In this document: piece after piece, positions 19,687-33,172 of the stretch
Layout: each line of letters starts with the position of its first letter
Numbering within the stretch: position 1 is the stretch's first letter
Source: Burkholderiaceae bacterium
GTDB lineage: Bacteria; Pseudomonadota; Gammaproteobacteria; Burkholderiales; Burkholderiaceae_C
Assembly (NCBI GenBank): GCA_036752305.1
Contig: DAIOSZ010000001.1
Coordinates: forward strand, 2,556-60,724
Direction: 5' to 3'
Length of the DNA stretch: 58,169 nt
Position numbers and translations under genes: made by a program
Notes under the pieces: generated by a model
The model's database searches: none
What the model was told of the DNA's origin: nothing
What the model saw: only the letters and a program-made list of their open reading frames with translations

Positions 19687-20601
19687 ATGCCATCCATCTT
19701 CATTGACGGCGAAGCCGGCACCACCGGCCTGCAGATCCGCGAACGCCTGGCCGACCTGCCCCAGGTGGGCGTGCTCAGCATCGCTCCCGAGCGTCGCAAG
19801 GACCCGGCCGCCAAGCGCGAGTTGCTGGAACAGGCCGATCTGGTCCTGCTGTGCCTGCACGACGACGCCGCGCGGGAGACGGTTGCGCTCATCGACGGCC
19901 TGCCGGGCCGCAAGCCGCGCATCATCGACGCCTCCACCGCGCACCGCACAGCGCCTGGCTGGGTGTATGGCTTTCCCGAGCTTTCGGCGGCGCAGGCCGA
20001 GGCGGTGCGGCGCGCCGAACGCGTGGCCAATCCGGGCTGCTACCCCACCGGCGGCATCGCGCTGATGCGCCCGCTGCGCGACGCCGGCCTGCTGCCGGCC
20101 GACTATCCGGTGGTCATGCAGGGCTTCTCGGGCTATTCCGGCGGCGGGCGGCAGATGATCGAGGCCTACGAAGTGACCCACAGCGCGTCGCCGCTGGAGG
20201 TCTACGGCCTCAACCTGAGCCACAAACACGTGGCCGAGTTGCAGCAATACGCCGGGCTCAGCCGCCGCCCGATCTTCATTCCCGCCGTCGGCAATTTCCA
20301 CAGCGGCATGATCGACCATGTGGCGTTGCATTTCGACCTGCTGCGCGGCGTCAACCACGTCCGCCAACTGCACGAGGTGCTGGCCGCGCACTACGCAGGC
20401 AGCGAATGGGTGCGCGTGGTGGAGGCCAACCCCGGCGGCAAGGTCGAACCGACGCAGTTCAACGGCAGCAACACAATGGAACTGTCGGTCTACGGCAACG
20501 ACGCCCAGCGCCAGGCGGTGCTGGTGGCGCGCTTTGACAACCTGGGCAAGGGCGCCAGCGGCGCGGCGGTGCAAAACCTCAAACTGATGCTGGGCATTTG
20601 A
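19687..20601 (+). CDS. argC: N-acetyl-gamma-glutamyl-phosphate reductase (short/type 2 form)
   Basis: GEAGTTG nucleotide-binding N-terminus and active-site NPGCYPTG. Confidence 0.9.
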   Translation: MPSIFIDGEAGTTGLQIRERLADLPQVGVLSIAPERRKDPAAKRELLEQADLVLLCLHDDAARETVALIDGLPGRKPRIIDASTAHRTAPGWVYGFPELSAAQAEAVRRAERVANPGCYPTGGIALMRPLRDAGLLPADYPVVMQGFSGYSGGGRQMIEAYEVTHSASPLEVYGLNLSHKHVAELQQYAGLSRRPIFIPAVGNFHSGMIDHVALHFDLLRGVNHVRQLHEVLAAHYAGSEWVRVVEANPGGKVEPTQFNGSNTMELSVYGNDAQRQAVLVARFDNLGKGASGAAVQNLKLMLGI

Positions 20602-20620
20602 CCGAAGGGTCGGCACCCCG

Positions 20621-20977
20621 ATGTCCTCCGACGCGAGCTTCATGCAATACGTGGCCGACCAGTGCGCGCGCGCCGGCGGCATCACGTTCAAGCGCATGTT
20701 TGGCGAATATGCGTTGTACTGCGACGCCAAGGTCGTCGCCTTCGTCTGCGACAACCAGTTCTTCCTCAAGCCCATCGAGGCCGTGCGGCCCCTGCTGGGC
20801 GCGCTGGACGAAGCGCCCGCCTACCCCGGCTCCAAGCTGTATTGGCGCCTGACGCAAGAATTGGAAGACGCGCCGCTGCTGGCCCGCATCGTGCGCGCCA
20901 GTGCCGATGCGCAACCCGCGCCCAAACCCAAGGCACCCAAAAAACCACGCGTTCCGGGGCGCTCGGCCAAGTCCTAA
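20621..20977 (+). CDS. TfoX/Sxy N-terminal-domain-only protein
   Basis: The pattern ITFKRMFGEYALYCDAKVVAFVCDNQFFLKP is typical of the TfoX_N domain. At 118 aa there is no TfoX C-terminal domain. Confidence 0.65.
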   Translation: MSSDASFMQYVADQCARAGGITFKRMFGEYALYCDAKVVAFVCDNQFFLKPIEAVRPLLGALDEAPAYPGSKLYWRLTQELEDAPLLARIVRASADAQPAPKPKAPKKPRVPGRSAKS

Positions 20978-20981
20978 AACG

Positions 20982-21210
20982 ATAGCTGCCTGTGGCTGAT
21001 TTTATTGGCCCTTAGGCCAATTTCATTTGGAAAATTGACCTTTGAACGCCTTGTTTGCGCGCCTCACAATCACATTTTGTTGATGTTTCTACATTTTTCG
21101 TAGATATATTAACAAAATCGTCCATTGAAACCTTGTTGCCGGGCTTCAGGGGCCCATTTTTTACTGTGAATTTGGCTTGAAACAACCGCCGAATCACCAC
21201 GGGCAGCTAT
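20982..21210 (+). repeat. MITE-like intergenic element, copy A (229 bp)
   Basis: Terminal inverted repeats are ATAGCTGCCTGTGGCTGAT (20982-21000) and the reverse complement of ATCACCACGGGCAGCTAT (21193-21210). It is AT-rich, exactly fills the gap between convergent tfoX-like and recX, and shares an internal GGCCCATTTTT block with copies B and C. Confidence 0.6.
21004..21028 (+). terminator. hairpin plus T-rich tract inside repeat copy A (possible terminator for the tfoX-like gene)
   Basis: The ATTGGCC-CTTA-GGCCAAT stem-loop is followed by TTCATTT. Confidence 0.35.
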
Positions 21211-21214
21211 CTAT

Positions 21215-21694
21215 TCAGGAGTCCTCGACAGCGCTTCGCATGGCTTCGTCGAGCACGCGCCGCACCACCTCGGCGCCAAAACCGCGGGTGTGCAAAAAGC
21301 GCGCCTGGCGCGCCCACAGCAGGCGGTCCGCGCGCAGCGCCGCGGCGCTGGCGCCAAAGCGCTCCCGCCAGAGCGCGCGGGCGCGTTCATGCTCGCTGCC
21401 CGCGTTCTCCCCGACCTGGGCCAGTGCCGCGCGTGCGGCGTGGGTCTCGATGCCGCGCTCGGCCAGCGCCTGGCGCAGCCGCGCATCGCCCCAGCGGGCG
21501 GCCTTGCGCGCCACCAGCGCCTCGGCGGCGCGCGCATCGCTCAGCCAGCCGCGCCGCGTCAGGTCATCGAGCAGCGCGGCCAGTTGCCCAGGCGCCTGGG
21601 CATGCGCCGCCAGCTTGCGCTCCAGCTCCGCGCGCGAGCAGTCGCGGCGCGCCAGCAGCGCCAGCGCGCGCTGGCGCAGCGAGGGGGGCTGCAT
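21215..21694 (-). CDS. recX: recombination regulator RecX
   Basis: Located downstream of recA. The helical repeat protein begins MQPPSLRQRALALLARRDCSRAELERKL at ATG 21694; the listed start at 21886 overlaps recA. Confidence 0.85.
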   Translation of the reverse strand: MQPPSLRQRALALLARRDCSRAELERKLAAHAQAPGQLAALLDDLTRRGWLSDARAAEALVARKAARWGDARLRQALAERGIETHAARAALAQVGENAGSEHERARALWRERFGASAAALRADRLLWARQARFLHTRGFGAEVVRRVLDEAMRSAVEDS

Positions 21695-21761
21695 CGCGCT
21701 CACTGGACTACCCTCCGCGCACGGCGCTGCGGGATTCGCGCTTGGGAACGGCCCGGCGCGC

Positions 21762-22829
<1,068 letters not shown>

Positions 22830-22875
22830 ACGGGCCTTCCTTTAAGGGGTTGATGTGGGTGTGATTTCATCCACG

Positions 22876-22891
22876 CTGGATGCGTAACCAG
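22876..22891. promoter_or_regulatory. palindrome CTGG-N8-CCAG in the recA/marR-like divergent intergenic region (possible degenerate SOS box or MarR operator)
   Basis: CTGGATGCGTAACCAG lies 47-62 nt upstream of the recA ATG. It has the same geometry as the CTGT-N8-ACAG LexA box but with G/C at the inner positions. Confidence 0.3.
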
Positions 22892-22955
22892 TAGTTTAGA
22901 GGCGTATAGATTTCGCACAAGGCAATTTTTAGTCAATTTGCTTTACTATTTGGGC

Positions 22956-23459
22956 ATGACCCCCGCCGCCAATGACGGCTGGCGCAGCCAGCACCTGGGG
23001 CGCCTGCTCGGCCATGCGATGCGCCGCTTCGACGCGCGCGTGCTCGATCTCATGTCGCGCGACGAGGCGGCGCCGCTGGCGCTGGCCAATCTGGCCGCGC
23101 GGCAGAAGATCGGCGCCTCGCACGTGCACATCGTCCGCCATCTGGCGCTGGCCGGCGAGCGCCCGCGTGATCTGGCGCGCGCGGCCGGGGTGAGCAAGCA
23201 GGCGGCCGGGCAGATCGTCGCGCAGTGCGCCGCCTGGGGGCTGATCACGCTGGAAAAAGACGCCCACGACGCCCGGGCGCGCATCGCGCGCTTCACGCCA
23301 GCGGGGCTGGACTGGCTGGCGGCGTTCGAGCGCGCGGTGCGGCGCGCGGAGGCGGAATTCACCGCCAGCACGGGGGAGGCAGTGGCCACCGTGGTACGGT
23401 TGGGGCTTGAAGCCTATGCGGGCGGCTGGGACGCTTGGTCCGTCACGCAAGGGCCGTAA
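22956..23459 (+). CDS. MarR-family transcriptional regulator
   Basis: Winged-helix region (HVHIVRHLALAGERPRDLARAAGVSKQAAGQIV...LITLEKDAHDARARI). I prefer the ATG at 22956 over the listed TTG at 22938. Confidence 0.8.
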   Translation: MTPAANDGWRSQHLGRLLGHAMRRFDARVLDLMSRDEAAPLALANLAARQKIGASHVHIVRHLALAGERPRDLARAAGVSKQAAGQIVAQCAAWGLITLEKDAHDARARIARFTPAGLDWLAAFERAVRRAEAEFTASTGEAVATVVRLGLEAYAGGWDAWSVTQGP

Positions 23460-23505
23460 ACTGTGATTAATTTCACGAAATTGATCAAACCCTAGGACAA
23501 ACCTC

Positions 23506-24084
23506 ATGATGGGCTCGCTGCTGGACAACCTCACCGCCAAGGGCCGGCGCAAGCGCGCCGTGCAGGAATCGCCCACCGCCGAGTTGGCCGCCCGCATGCT
23601 GCGCGCGCCCAGCGCCCTCATCCAGTTGTCCGAGGACGACGCCCGCGTCATCGTCAGCTACATGGAGCCGCGGCGCTTTGATGCCGATGCGCGCGTGATG
23701 ACCGCTGGCGACACCGAGAACACCGACTACATGCTGTTGGTCCTTGAAGGCGCCGTGACGGTGGAGAGCGTGAACGTGAGCCGCAAGCTGCCGATCACGG
23801 TGACCGTGCTCGGCCCGGGCAGCATGCTCGGCGAGATGAGCCTGCTCGACGGCTCGCCGCGCTCGGTCACCTGCACCGCTGGCGACGATCTGCTGTGCGC
23901 GCAATTGACGCGCGAGGGCCTGCAGGAACTGATTCAGGACGACTCCATCCTCGGCATCAAGCTGCTGATCGCCATCGGCATGCGCATGGCCGAGCGCCTG
24001 CGCGACAACACCGACAAGCTGTGGCGCTACGCCCGGCTCACCCAAGCTATGCAACAGGAGATCGACCGCCTGATGCCCACTTGA
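23506..24084 (+). CDS. stand-alone cyclic-nucleotide-binding (CNB/Crp-like effector) domain protein
   Basis: CNB beta-roll with GPGSMLGEMSLLDGSPRSVTCTA (GE..L....PRS.T phosphate-binding cassette). No HTH output domain follows. Confidence 0.8.
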   Translation: MMGSLLDNLTAKGRRKRAVQESPTAELAARMLRAPSALIQLSEDDARVIVSYMEPRRFDADARVMTAGDTENTDYMLLVLEGAVTVESVNVSRKLPITVTVLGPGSMLGEMSLLDGSPRSVTCTAGDDLLCAQLTREGLQELIQDDSILGIKLLIAIGMRMAERLRDNTDKLWRYARLTQAMQQEIDRLMPT

Positions 24085-24200
24085 GGCAAGGCCGGGGCGA
24101 GGCCGAACTGTCAGCGCCCGGCGCACCCGCCGCGTTGCTACGGTCAAGCCCGCGCGTTTCGGCGGGGAACCCAACCGGGTGTGCCCGGACCTAAGGACAC

Positions 24201-24788
24201 ATGAAAACCTCCCTCGCACTTCTTCTCGCCAGCGCCCTGGGCGCTTTCGGCCCCACGGCCATTGCCCAATCCGCCCCGGCCGATCCGTCGGGCACGCGGT
24301 TTTACGCCAATGGGCAGATCCAGAGCCAGATCGAGCAGACGCGCAGCCGCCGCACCGAGCGCGCCTTCTACCCCACCGGCGTGATGCAGCACGAAATCGT
24401 CTACGCGATGGACGGCGCCAAGCCCATCAAGGAGCGCGAGGTGCAGTTCACCCCCGCCGGGACCATGCTGCGCGAGCAGAAATGGGTGGGCGGCGAGCCG
24501 CAGCTCGACGTCGAGTTCCTCGCCAGCGGAGTGCTGCGCAGCCGCAAGGAATACATGGGATTGGGCAGCACGCGCGAGATGGTCTCGCAAAGCTACTTTG
24601 CCTCCGGCGTGCTCGCCAGCGAGGAGCGCATGGCGGTCCCGTCCAGCGGCAAACCGTTCCCGGTGGGCGTGCAAAAGAGCTTTGACGCCTCGGGCCGCTT
24701 GATCCAGGAGCGCAACTACGACGACAACGGTCGCCTGGTCTCCGAAAAATCGATGGGTCCAGCCGGCGCACTGGTGCAAACCCGCTGA
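24201..24788 (+). CDS. secreted MORN-variant repeat protein (YwqK-like)
   Basis: Signal peptide ending AIAQ. Repeated F/Y-x-x-G-x-hydrophobic-x-x-E units occur (FYANGQIQSQIE, FYPTGVMQHEIV, FLASGVLRSRKE, YFASGVLASEE, FDASGRLIQERN). Confidence 0.6.
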   Translation: MKTSLALLLASALGAFGPTAIAQSAPADPSGTRFYANGQIQSQIEQTRSRRTERAFYPTGVMQHEIVYAMDGAKPIKEREVQFTPAGTMLREQKWVGGEPQLDVEFLASGVLRSRKEYMGLGSTREMVSQSYFASGVLASEERMAVPSSGKPFPVGVQKSFDASGRLIQERNYDDNGRLVSEKSMGPAGALVQTR

Positions 24789-24850
24789 TCCAGCGGGCGG
24801 CAGGCGGCGGCTGGGCCGGGCGGGGGAGTTTTTCCGTACGATCTGCTCCC

Positions 24851-25780
24851 TTGAGCCGCCCACCACCTCCCACGCTTGGCCTGTGGCTGCGCATGACGCG
24901 GCCGGGCTTTCTCGCCGTCACCGCCGTCGGATGCGGCGTCGGCATTGCTTCGGCCCTGGCCTGGGGCTCTCCGTTTCATCCCGCGCTGGCGGCCGCCACG
25001 GTGCTTCTTGCGCTGGCGGCTCACGCAGCGGCCAACGTACTCAACGATTGGGCCGATGCGCTGTCCGGCGCGGACGCGGCCAACACCCAGGCCATCGCCC
25101 CCTTCACCGGCGGCGCCGGGTTCATCCAACGTGGAGAAGTTTCGCTGGATGAGACGCGGCGTCTGGCGCTGGGTCTGGCCGCGCTGGCGGTGCTCGGCGG
25201 CTTGTGGCTCAGCTGGCAGGTGGGCGGCGGCTTGCTGCTGATCGGGCTGGCGGGCGCCTTCGTCGGCTGGGCCTATTCGGCCCGGCCCCTGCAGTTGATG
25301 GCGCGCGGCGCGGGGGAGCTCGCCGTCGCGCTGGCATGGTGGCTGGTGGGGCTGGGCGCGGACTATGTGCAGCGGCGCGGCTTTTCCGCCATGCCCGCTG
25401 TGATCGGCGTGAGCTATGCGCTGATGGTGGCCAACATCCTGCTGATCAACGGAGTCCCGGACGCCCCCTCGGACGCGCGCGTCGGCAAACGCACGCTCGC
25501 CGTCCGCCTGGGCCCTGGAGGCGTCGCCCGCGCCTATCTGATGATCGCCTTGGCGGCCCAGGCCTGGGCCGTGGGCAGCGCGTGCCTGCGTCTCGCGCCC
25601 CTGCCCACGCTCGCCGCGCTGGTGGCGTTGCCGGCGTCGCTGGCCGCTGCGGCGCTGCTCTGGCGCCACGCCGAAGACCGCGCGCGTCTGCGCCTGGCCA
25701 TCGTGCTGACGATCCTGGCCGCGCTGCTGCACGGCCTGGGCCTGATGGGCGGCCTGTTGTTCGTCGCCGCCCAGCGTTGA
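24851..25780 (+). CDS. UbiA-family prenyltransferase (MenA-like)
   Basis: Polytopic membrane protein with the Asp-rich motif NVLNDWADALSGAD. The TTG start is uncertain. Confidence 0.75.
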   Translation: MSRPPPPTLGLWLRMTRPGFLAVTAVGCGVGIASALAWGSPFHPALAAATVLLALAAHAAANVLNDWADALSGADAANTQAIAPFTGGAGFIQRGEVSLDETRRLALGLAALAVLGGLWLSWQVGGGLLLIGLAGAFVGWAYSARPLQLMARGAGELAVALAWWLVGLGADYVQRRGFSAMPAVIGVSYALMVANILLINGVPDAPSDARVGKRTLAVRLGPGGVARAYLMIALAAQAWAVGSACLRLAPLPTLAALVALPASLAAAALLWRHAEDRARLRLAIVLTILAALLHGLGLMGGLLFVAAQR

Positions 25781-25834
25781 ACCATTTCCACAAAGTCCTG
25801 GACAGGATGTGCCGTTTTCCATATACTCCCCCCA

Positions 25835-26847
25835 GTGTTTAAATTGCTCATCCCACTTTTGCTGCTCGCCCCCGCCGGCACCCTTGTCGCCGCCGAGCCC
25901 TTGCGCGTGCCCACGCTGACCGTGCAGGACAGCGCGCAGGCTGCGCAGATCTGGCTTGATGGCGTGGTCCAGCCGGTACGCCAGAGTCAGGTTGCCGCGC
26001 AGGCCCAGGGCCGGGTGCTGACGCGAACCGTGAAGGCGGGCGATGCGGTGCGGGCGGGCCAGTTGATGTTCACCATCGACGACCGTGAAGCCCTCGCCGG
26101 CGTACAGGCCAGCGGCGCGCGGGTGGCGCAAGCGGAAGCCGAGCTGGCTCAGGCGCGCCTGTCGCTGGAGCGCCAGCGCGCCTTGCAACGCCAGGGCTTC
26201 GTCAGCCAGGCCGCGCTGGATGCGGCGCAAACGCAAGTCCAATCCGCGCTTGCCGCGCGCGACCAGGCCAGCGCGGGCGCTGGCCAGTCCCGGCTGGCGC
26301 AGGGCTTTACGCGCGTCACCGCGCCGTACGACGGTTATGTGCGCGAGACCTTGGCCGAGCCCGGCGATCTTGCGTTGCCGGGCAAGCCGCTGGCCAGCGT
26401 CTACGCGCCCGATCGTTTGCGCGTGGCGGTGCAGTTGCCGCTGACGCGTCAGACCGTCGGCAAACCCGAGATCGAGTTGCCGGGTGGCGAATGGTTGACG
26501 CCCACGCAAACGCAGTTGATGCCGGCCGCCGACGCCGCCAGCCAGACCGTCGAATGGCGGCTGGACCTGCCGTCTGGCGCCAGCGCGCGCCTGACGCCCG
26601 GCCAGCAGCTGCGCGTGCGCGTCACCGGCGCCGGCACGCTTTCCCGCTTGGTGCTGCCCGAATCGGCGGTGCTGCGCCGGGGCGAGCTGAACGCGGTGTA
26701 CGTGGCCGCCGAGAGCGGCTTCCGCTTGCGCGCGGTGCGGCTGGGGGCCGCGCGTCCGGGGCTGGGAATAGAGGTGCTCGCGGGCCTCAGAAGCGGCGAG
26801 CGGGTGGCGCGGGACGCCGTCCGCGCGGGGCTTGAGGGCGCGCAGCC

Positions 26848-26851
<4 letters not shown>
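25835..26851 (+). CDS. RND efflux periplasmic adaptor (HlyD/MFP family)
   Basis: Signal sequence, lipoyl/coiled-coil hairpin region (AQAEAELAQARLSLERQRALQRQGFVSQAALD) and a beta-barrel C-terminus. The stop overlaps the RND start. Confidence 0.85.
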
Positions 26852-30127
<3,276 letters not shown>

Positions 30128-30131
<4 letters not shown>

Positions 30132-30352
30132 CCATTGAGCGTTATGTGCGCCTGTTTGCGGGCCTATTTGTCATGATTTCCCTCGCGCTCGGCGTGCGCG
30201 GCAGCCCGCTGTTCGTGAGCGACTGGGCACTGGCTTTCACCGCCTTCGTTGGCCTGAACCTGTTCCAGTCCAGCCTGACCGGCTTTTGTCCACTGGTGAA
30301 CATCCTGCAAAAACTGGGCGTGCCGGCCGAGGGGGCTGCATGCGCGCGCTGA
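30128..30352 (+). CDS. DUF2892 (YgaP C-terminal-like) small membrane protein
   Basis: 74 aa with two TM helices and the motif GLNLFQSSLTGFCPL. The ATG overlaps the RND stop (ATGA). Confidence 0.7.
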
Positions 30353-31086
30353 TCGCCAGCGCGCTTGCGGCGTCCAGCCTGTGGCTGGCTGTGCCTGCCC
30401 ACGCCACCTGGCTGGACGACAGCGTGGCGCTGGACGCCGTCTACATTCCGGCGCTGTCCCACAGCAGTGCCGCGCAGAACGACGCCGACGCCGCGCCGCG
30501 CGCCGTTCAGGCCACACAGCGCCTCACACAGCAGTGGCCTGGCCTGCGTGAGCGCCTGCGGACGAGCCTGGGCGGACCAGGTGTCGCCAGCGCCTTGGCC
30601 GACATCGACCGACGCATCACCCAAGCTTCGACGCATGTGGCCCAGGCCCGCTTTGGCCCAGCGCATGAAGCGCTCGAAGGCGTGCGCGAACGCCTGGGCC
30701 ATTTGCGCAGCGAGCGCGGGTACGACTATTTCGTTGACCGCTTGACCGCCTTCCACGAACCCATGGAAACCCTGGCGCTGGCCGGGCGCGATTGGAAGCC
30801 CGCCGAACTCACGCCGGAGCGCCGTGCCACGCTAGAGCAAGCCTTTGCGCATGCCCGGGCACTGTGGCACGGCGTTGAAAGTCAGACGCCCCAAGCCGCC
30901 GCTTACGCGCTGGACGACCGCCGTCTGACCCAACTTCGTCAGGGGATGGAAGGCGAAAGCGCCGCGCTCTCGCGCTTGTCGCAGGCCTTTCGCGGCAGCG
31001 ACGCGCAGGCCCTGCTAAAAGCGGCGGCCGCCATCAAGCCGCCCTTCGCGCGCACCTTCACGGCCTTCGGCCACAATGGCCCGTAG
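30340..31086 (+). CDS. hypothetical secreted helical protein
   Basis: The ATG at 30340 gives the signal peptide MRALIASALAASSLWLAVPAHA. The rest is Ala/Arg/Leu-rich with no motif I recognise. Confidence 0.5.
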   Translation: MRALIASALAASSLWLAVPAHATWLDDSVALDAVYIPALSHSSAAQNDADAAPRAVQATQRLTQQWPGLRERLRTSLGGPGVASALADIDRRITQASTHVAQARFGPAHEALEGVRERLGHLRSERGYDYFVDRLTAFHEPMETLALAGRDWKPAELTPERRATLEQAFAHARALWHGVESQTPQAAAYALDDRRLTQLRQGMEGESAALSRLSQAFRGSDAQALLKAAAAIKPPFARTFTAFGHNGP

Positions 31087-31105
31087 TCTGCTTCAGGAAG
31101 CCACC

Positions 31106-31552
31106 ATGAGCGCCGAACCCACCCGCGTCACGCTGCGTCAGCAGCAAGACTATCAATTCGCCATCGACTTTGGCGCCGGCAAGCAGGTTTTGCTCGGCGA
31201 CGAGCCACCGCCACTGGGCGCTGGTATCGGCCCCTCGCCCGACCAGTTGCTGTGTGCGGCGGTGGGCAACTGCATGAGCGACTCGCTGCTGTTCGCGCTG
31301 CGCAAGTTCAAGCAGTCGCCCGAGCCCATCCACTGCGAGGTGACGGCGGAGAAAGGCCGCAACGCCCAGGGGCGGCTGCGCATCGCGCGGATCTCGGTGA
31401 CGCTCACCCTCGGCGTGGCAGCCGAAGCACTCCAGCATTTGGACCGGGTGCTGGTCCAGTTCGAGGAGTTCTGTACCGTTGGCGCCAGCGTGGCGCAGGC
31501 GATCCCCACCGAGGTCCACGTCAAGGACGCGACCGGGAAAACGCTCAAATGA
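31106..31552 (+). CDS. OsmC/Ohr-family protein
   Basis: OsmC-like pattern (PSPDQLLCAAVGNCMSDSLLFALRK ... FEEFCTVGASV) containing the two conserved Cys. Confidence 0.75.
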   Translation: MSAEPTRVTLRQQQDYQFAIDFGAGKQVLLGDEPPPLGAGIGPSPDQLLCAAVGNCMSDSLLFALRKFKQSPEPIHCEVTAEKGRNAQGRLRIARISVTLTLGVAAEALQHLDRVLVQFEEFCTVGASVAQAIPTEVHVKDATGKTLK

Positions 31553-32592
31553 CGCTGTCTGCAGGTGGCGGCAAAACCCCACTGAAGTTCCTAGGACCCG
31601 GTTGGTTTTCAATGGTGATGGGTCTGTGTGGGCTGACCCTGGCGTGGTCGCGCGCGCAGTGGCTGCTCGGTGCTGCCTCAGAGGGCGCGGTTCTGGCCCT
31701 GGGTGCGTTGGCTGCACTGGTGGCCGTGGCGCTGGGCGCCGCCAGCCTGATGCGCGCGCGGCGCCATCCCGAGGCCTGGGCCGAGGATCTGCGCCACCCG
31801 ATGCGCCACGCCTTCGTCGCCACGATGCCGGCTTCGGTAATTCTGTTGGCCACGGTGCTCACCCTCGTCGCCGGGCCAAACGATCTGGCCCGCGCACTGT
31901 GGATGGTGGGCGCGCTCTGGCAGTTCGCGGTCACGGTGTGGGTGATGGGGCGCTGGCTGCGCGCTTCGCCAGCGGCTCAGGCACCGGGCGGAAAACCCGG
32001 CCCGGGCTTCTGGGCGGGGGTGACGCCGGTGCTGGTGATCCCCGTGGTGGGCAATGTGCTGACGCCGCTGGCCGGCGTGCCGCTGGGTTTTGGTGCCTGG
32101 TCGGCGGCTCAATTCGGCGTGGGCCTGTTCTTCTGGCCGGTGATTCTGGTGTTGTTGATTTTGCGCATCGTCAATCAGGGACTGTGGCCGGAGCGGCTGC
32201 TGCCCGCCACGTTCATCACGGTGGCGCCGCCAGCCGTGATCGGCTCGGGCTTTCTGCAGCAGGGCGCGCCCCCGGCGGTCGCCTGGGCGATGTGGGGCGT
32301 GGCGGTGTTCTTCCTCGCCTGGTCGGCGCTGCTGGTGCGGCGCATGCTGGCGCAGCCCTTTTCGGTGCCGTTCTGGGCGCTGTCCTTCCCGCTCGCCGCG
32401 TTCGCGGCGCTCACGCTGCGGTTGGCCGAAGGCCTGGGCAGCGGCTTGTTCAACACACTGGCGGTGCTGGCGCTGGCCTTTGCCTCTCTGGTGATCGCCG
32501 CCTTGCTGCTGGCCACCTTCAAAGGCCTGCGAGACGGCACGCTGCTGGTGCCCGAGCCCGTCGCATCCATCGTGCCCGCGCAGGGGCCCTGA
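31549..32592 (+). CDS. TehA/TDT (SLAC1-like) family anion transporter
   Basis: The ATG at 31549 overlaps the osmC-like stop. The N-terminus reads LKFLGPGWFSMVMGLCGLTLAW, and there are about 10 TM helices. Confidence 0.8.
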   Translation: MTLSAGGGKTPLKFLGPGWFSMVMGLCGLTLAWSRAQWLLGAASEGAVLALGALAALVAVALGAASLMRARRHPEAWAEDLRHPMRHAFVATMPASVILLATVLTLVAGPNDLARALWMVGALWQFAVTVWVMGRWLRASPAAQAPGGKPGPGFWAGVTPVLVIPVVGNVLTPLAGVPLGFGAWSAAQFGVGLFFWPVILVLLILRIVNQGLWPERLLPATFITVAPPAVIGSGFLQQGAPPAVAWAMWGVAVFFLAWSALLVRRMLAQPFSVPFWALSFPLAAFAALTLRLAEGLGSGLFNTLAVLALAFASLVIAALLLATFKGLRDGTLLVPEPVASIVPAQGP

Positions 32593-32595
32593 CAG

Positions 32596-32871
32596 TCAGC
32601 GCGCGTCGGGCAGCGGCTGCCAGGCGGTCATCGGCCCGCGCTTGCCCGCCGCGCGGGCGCGCGTGAGCAACGCCCACCCGGCCACGAAGATCCAGTTGAT
32701 CCCGACGATGGCCAGCGCAAAGCGGTTGGCCATTCTCAAGGTCTCCAGCGCGCCCGCGCCCAGCGGCAGGGGCGCCAGCAGGTACAGCAGGGCGAGCACC
32801 ACGATCGGCAGACCGGTGCCGAGCGCCGCGACCATAACGAGGGGACGGGACAGGGAGAAGCGGGAAACCAT
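32596..32871 (-). CDS. hypothetical small membrane protein
   Basis: 91 aa from ATG 32871 with three hydrophobic segments. No motif recognised. Confidence 0.4.
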   Translation of the reverse strand: MVSRFSLSRPLVMVAALGTGLPIVVLALLYLLAPLPLGAGALETLRMANRFALAIVGINWIFVAGWALLTRARAAGKRGPMTAWQPLPDAR

Positions 32872-32990
32872 GGGAAACCAATACAAACGGATCAAGAGCC
32901 CTGAATCAGGGAGTCCGCGGGATTGTGCGGCGCAGCATTCGGAGTGGTTTTGATGCAGCGCAACAAAATCGCTTTTTCGCTATGAATTCA

Positions 32991-33156
32991 GTAGCTGTTC
33001 GTGGTGGTCAAATTTGACCGAAAGGCACAAAACACGCCCAAAATTGGCCCATTCAGCACCGTCAAACGCCCAAGCGGTGCCCGGACCAGCCTAGGCAGGG
33101 CCATTTTTAAGGTCTAATTGGCATATAGGCCTTTGTTTATATCCACGGGCAGCTAC
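32991..33156 (+). repeat. MITE-like intergenic element, copy B (166 bp)
   Basis: TIRs are GTAGCTGTTCGTGGTGGT (32991-33008) and the reverse complement of ATCCACGGGCAGCTAC (33141-33156). Internal features include the palindrome GGTCAAATTTGACC and a GGCAGGGCCATTTTT block. Confidence 0.55.
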
Positions 33157-33172
33157 GCTTTTACTAGCGTTT

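Noticed and set aside
21012-21200. A 62-aa ORF on the minus strand inside MITE-like copy A.
   Set aside because: It lies wholly within the AT-rich repeat, has no RBS or recognisable fold, and has no equivalent ORF in copies B and C.
22830-22955. A canonical LexA SOS box (CTGT-N8-ACAG) upstream of recA.
   Set aside because: No CTGT-N8-ACAG occurs on either strand in the intergenic region. Only the CTGG-N8-CCAG dyad is present, and it is reported separately.
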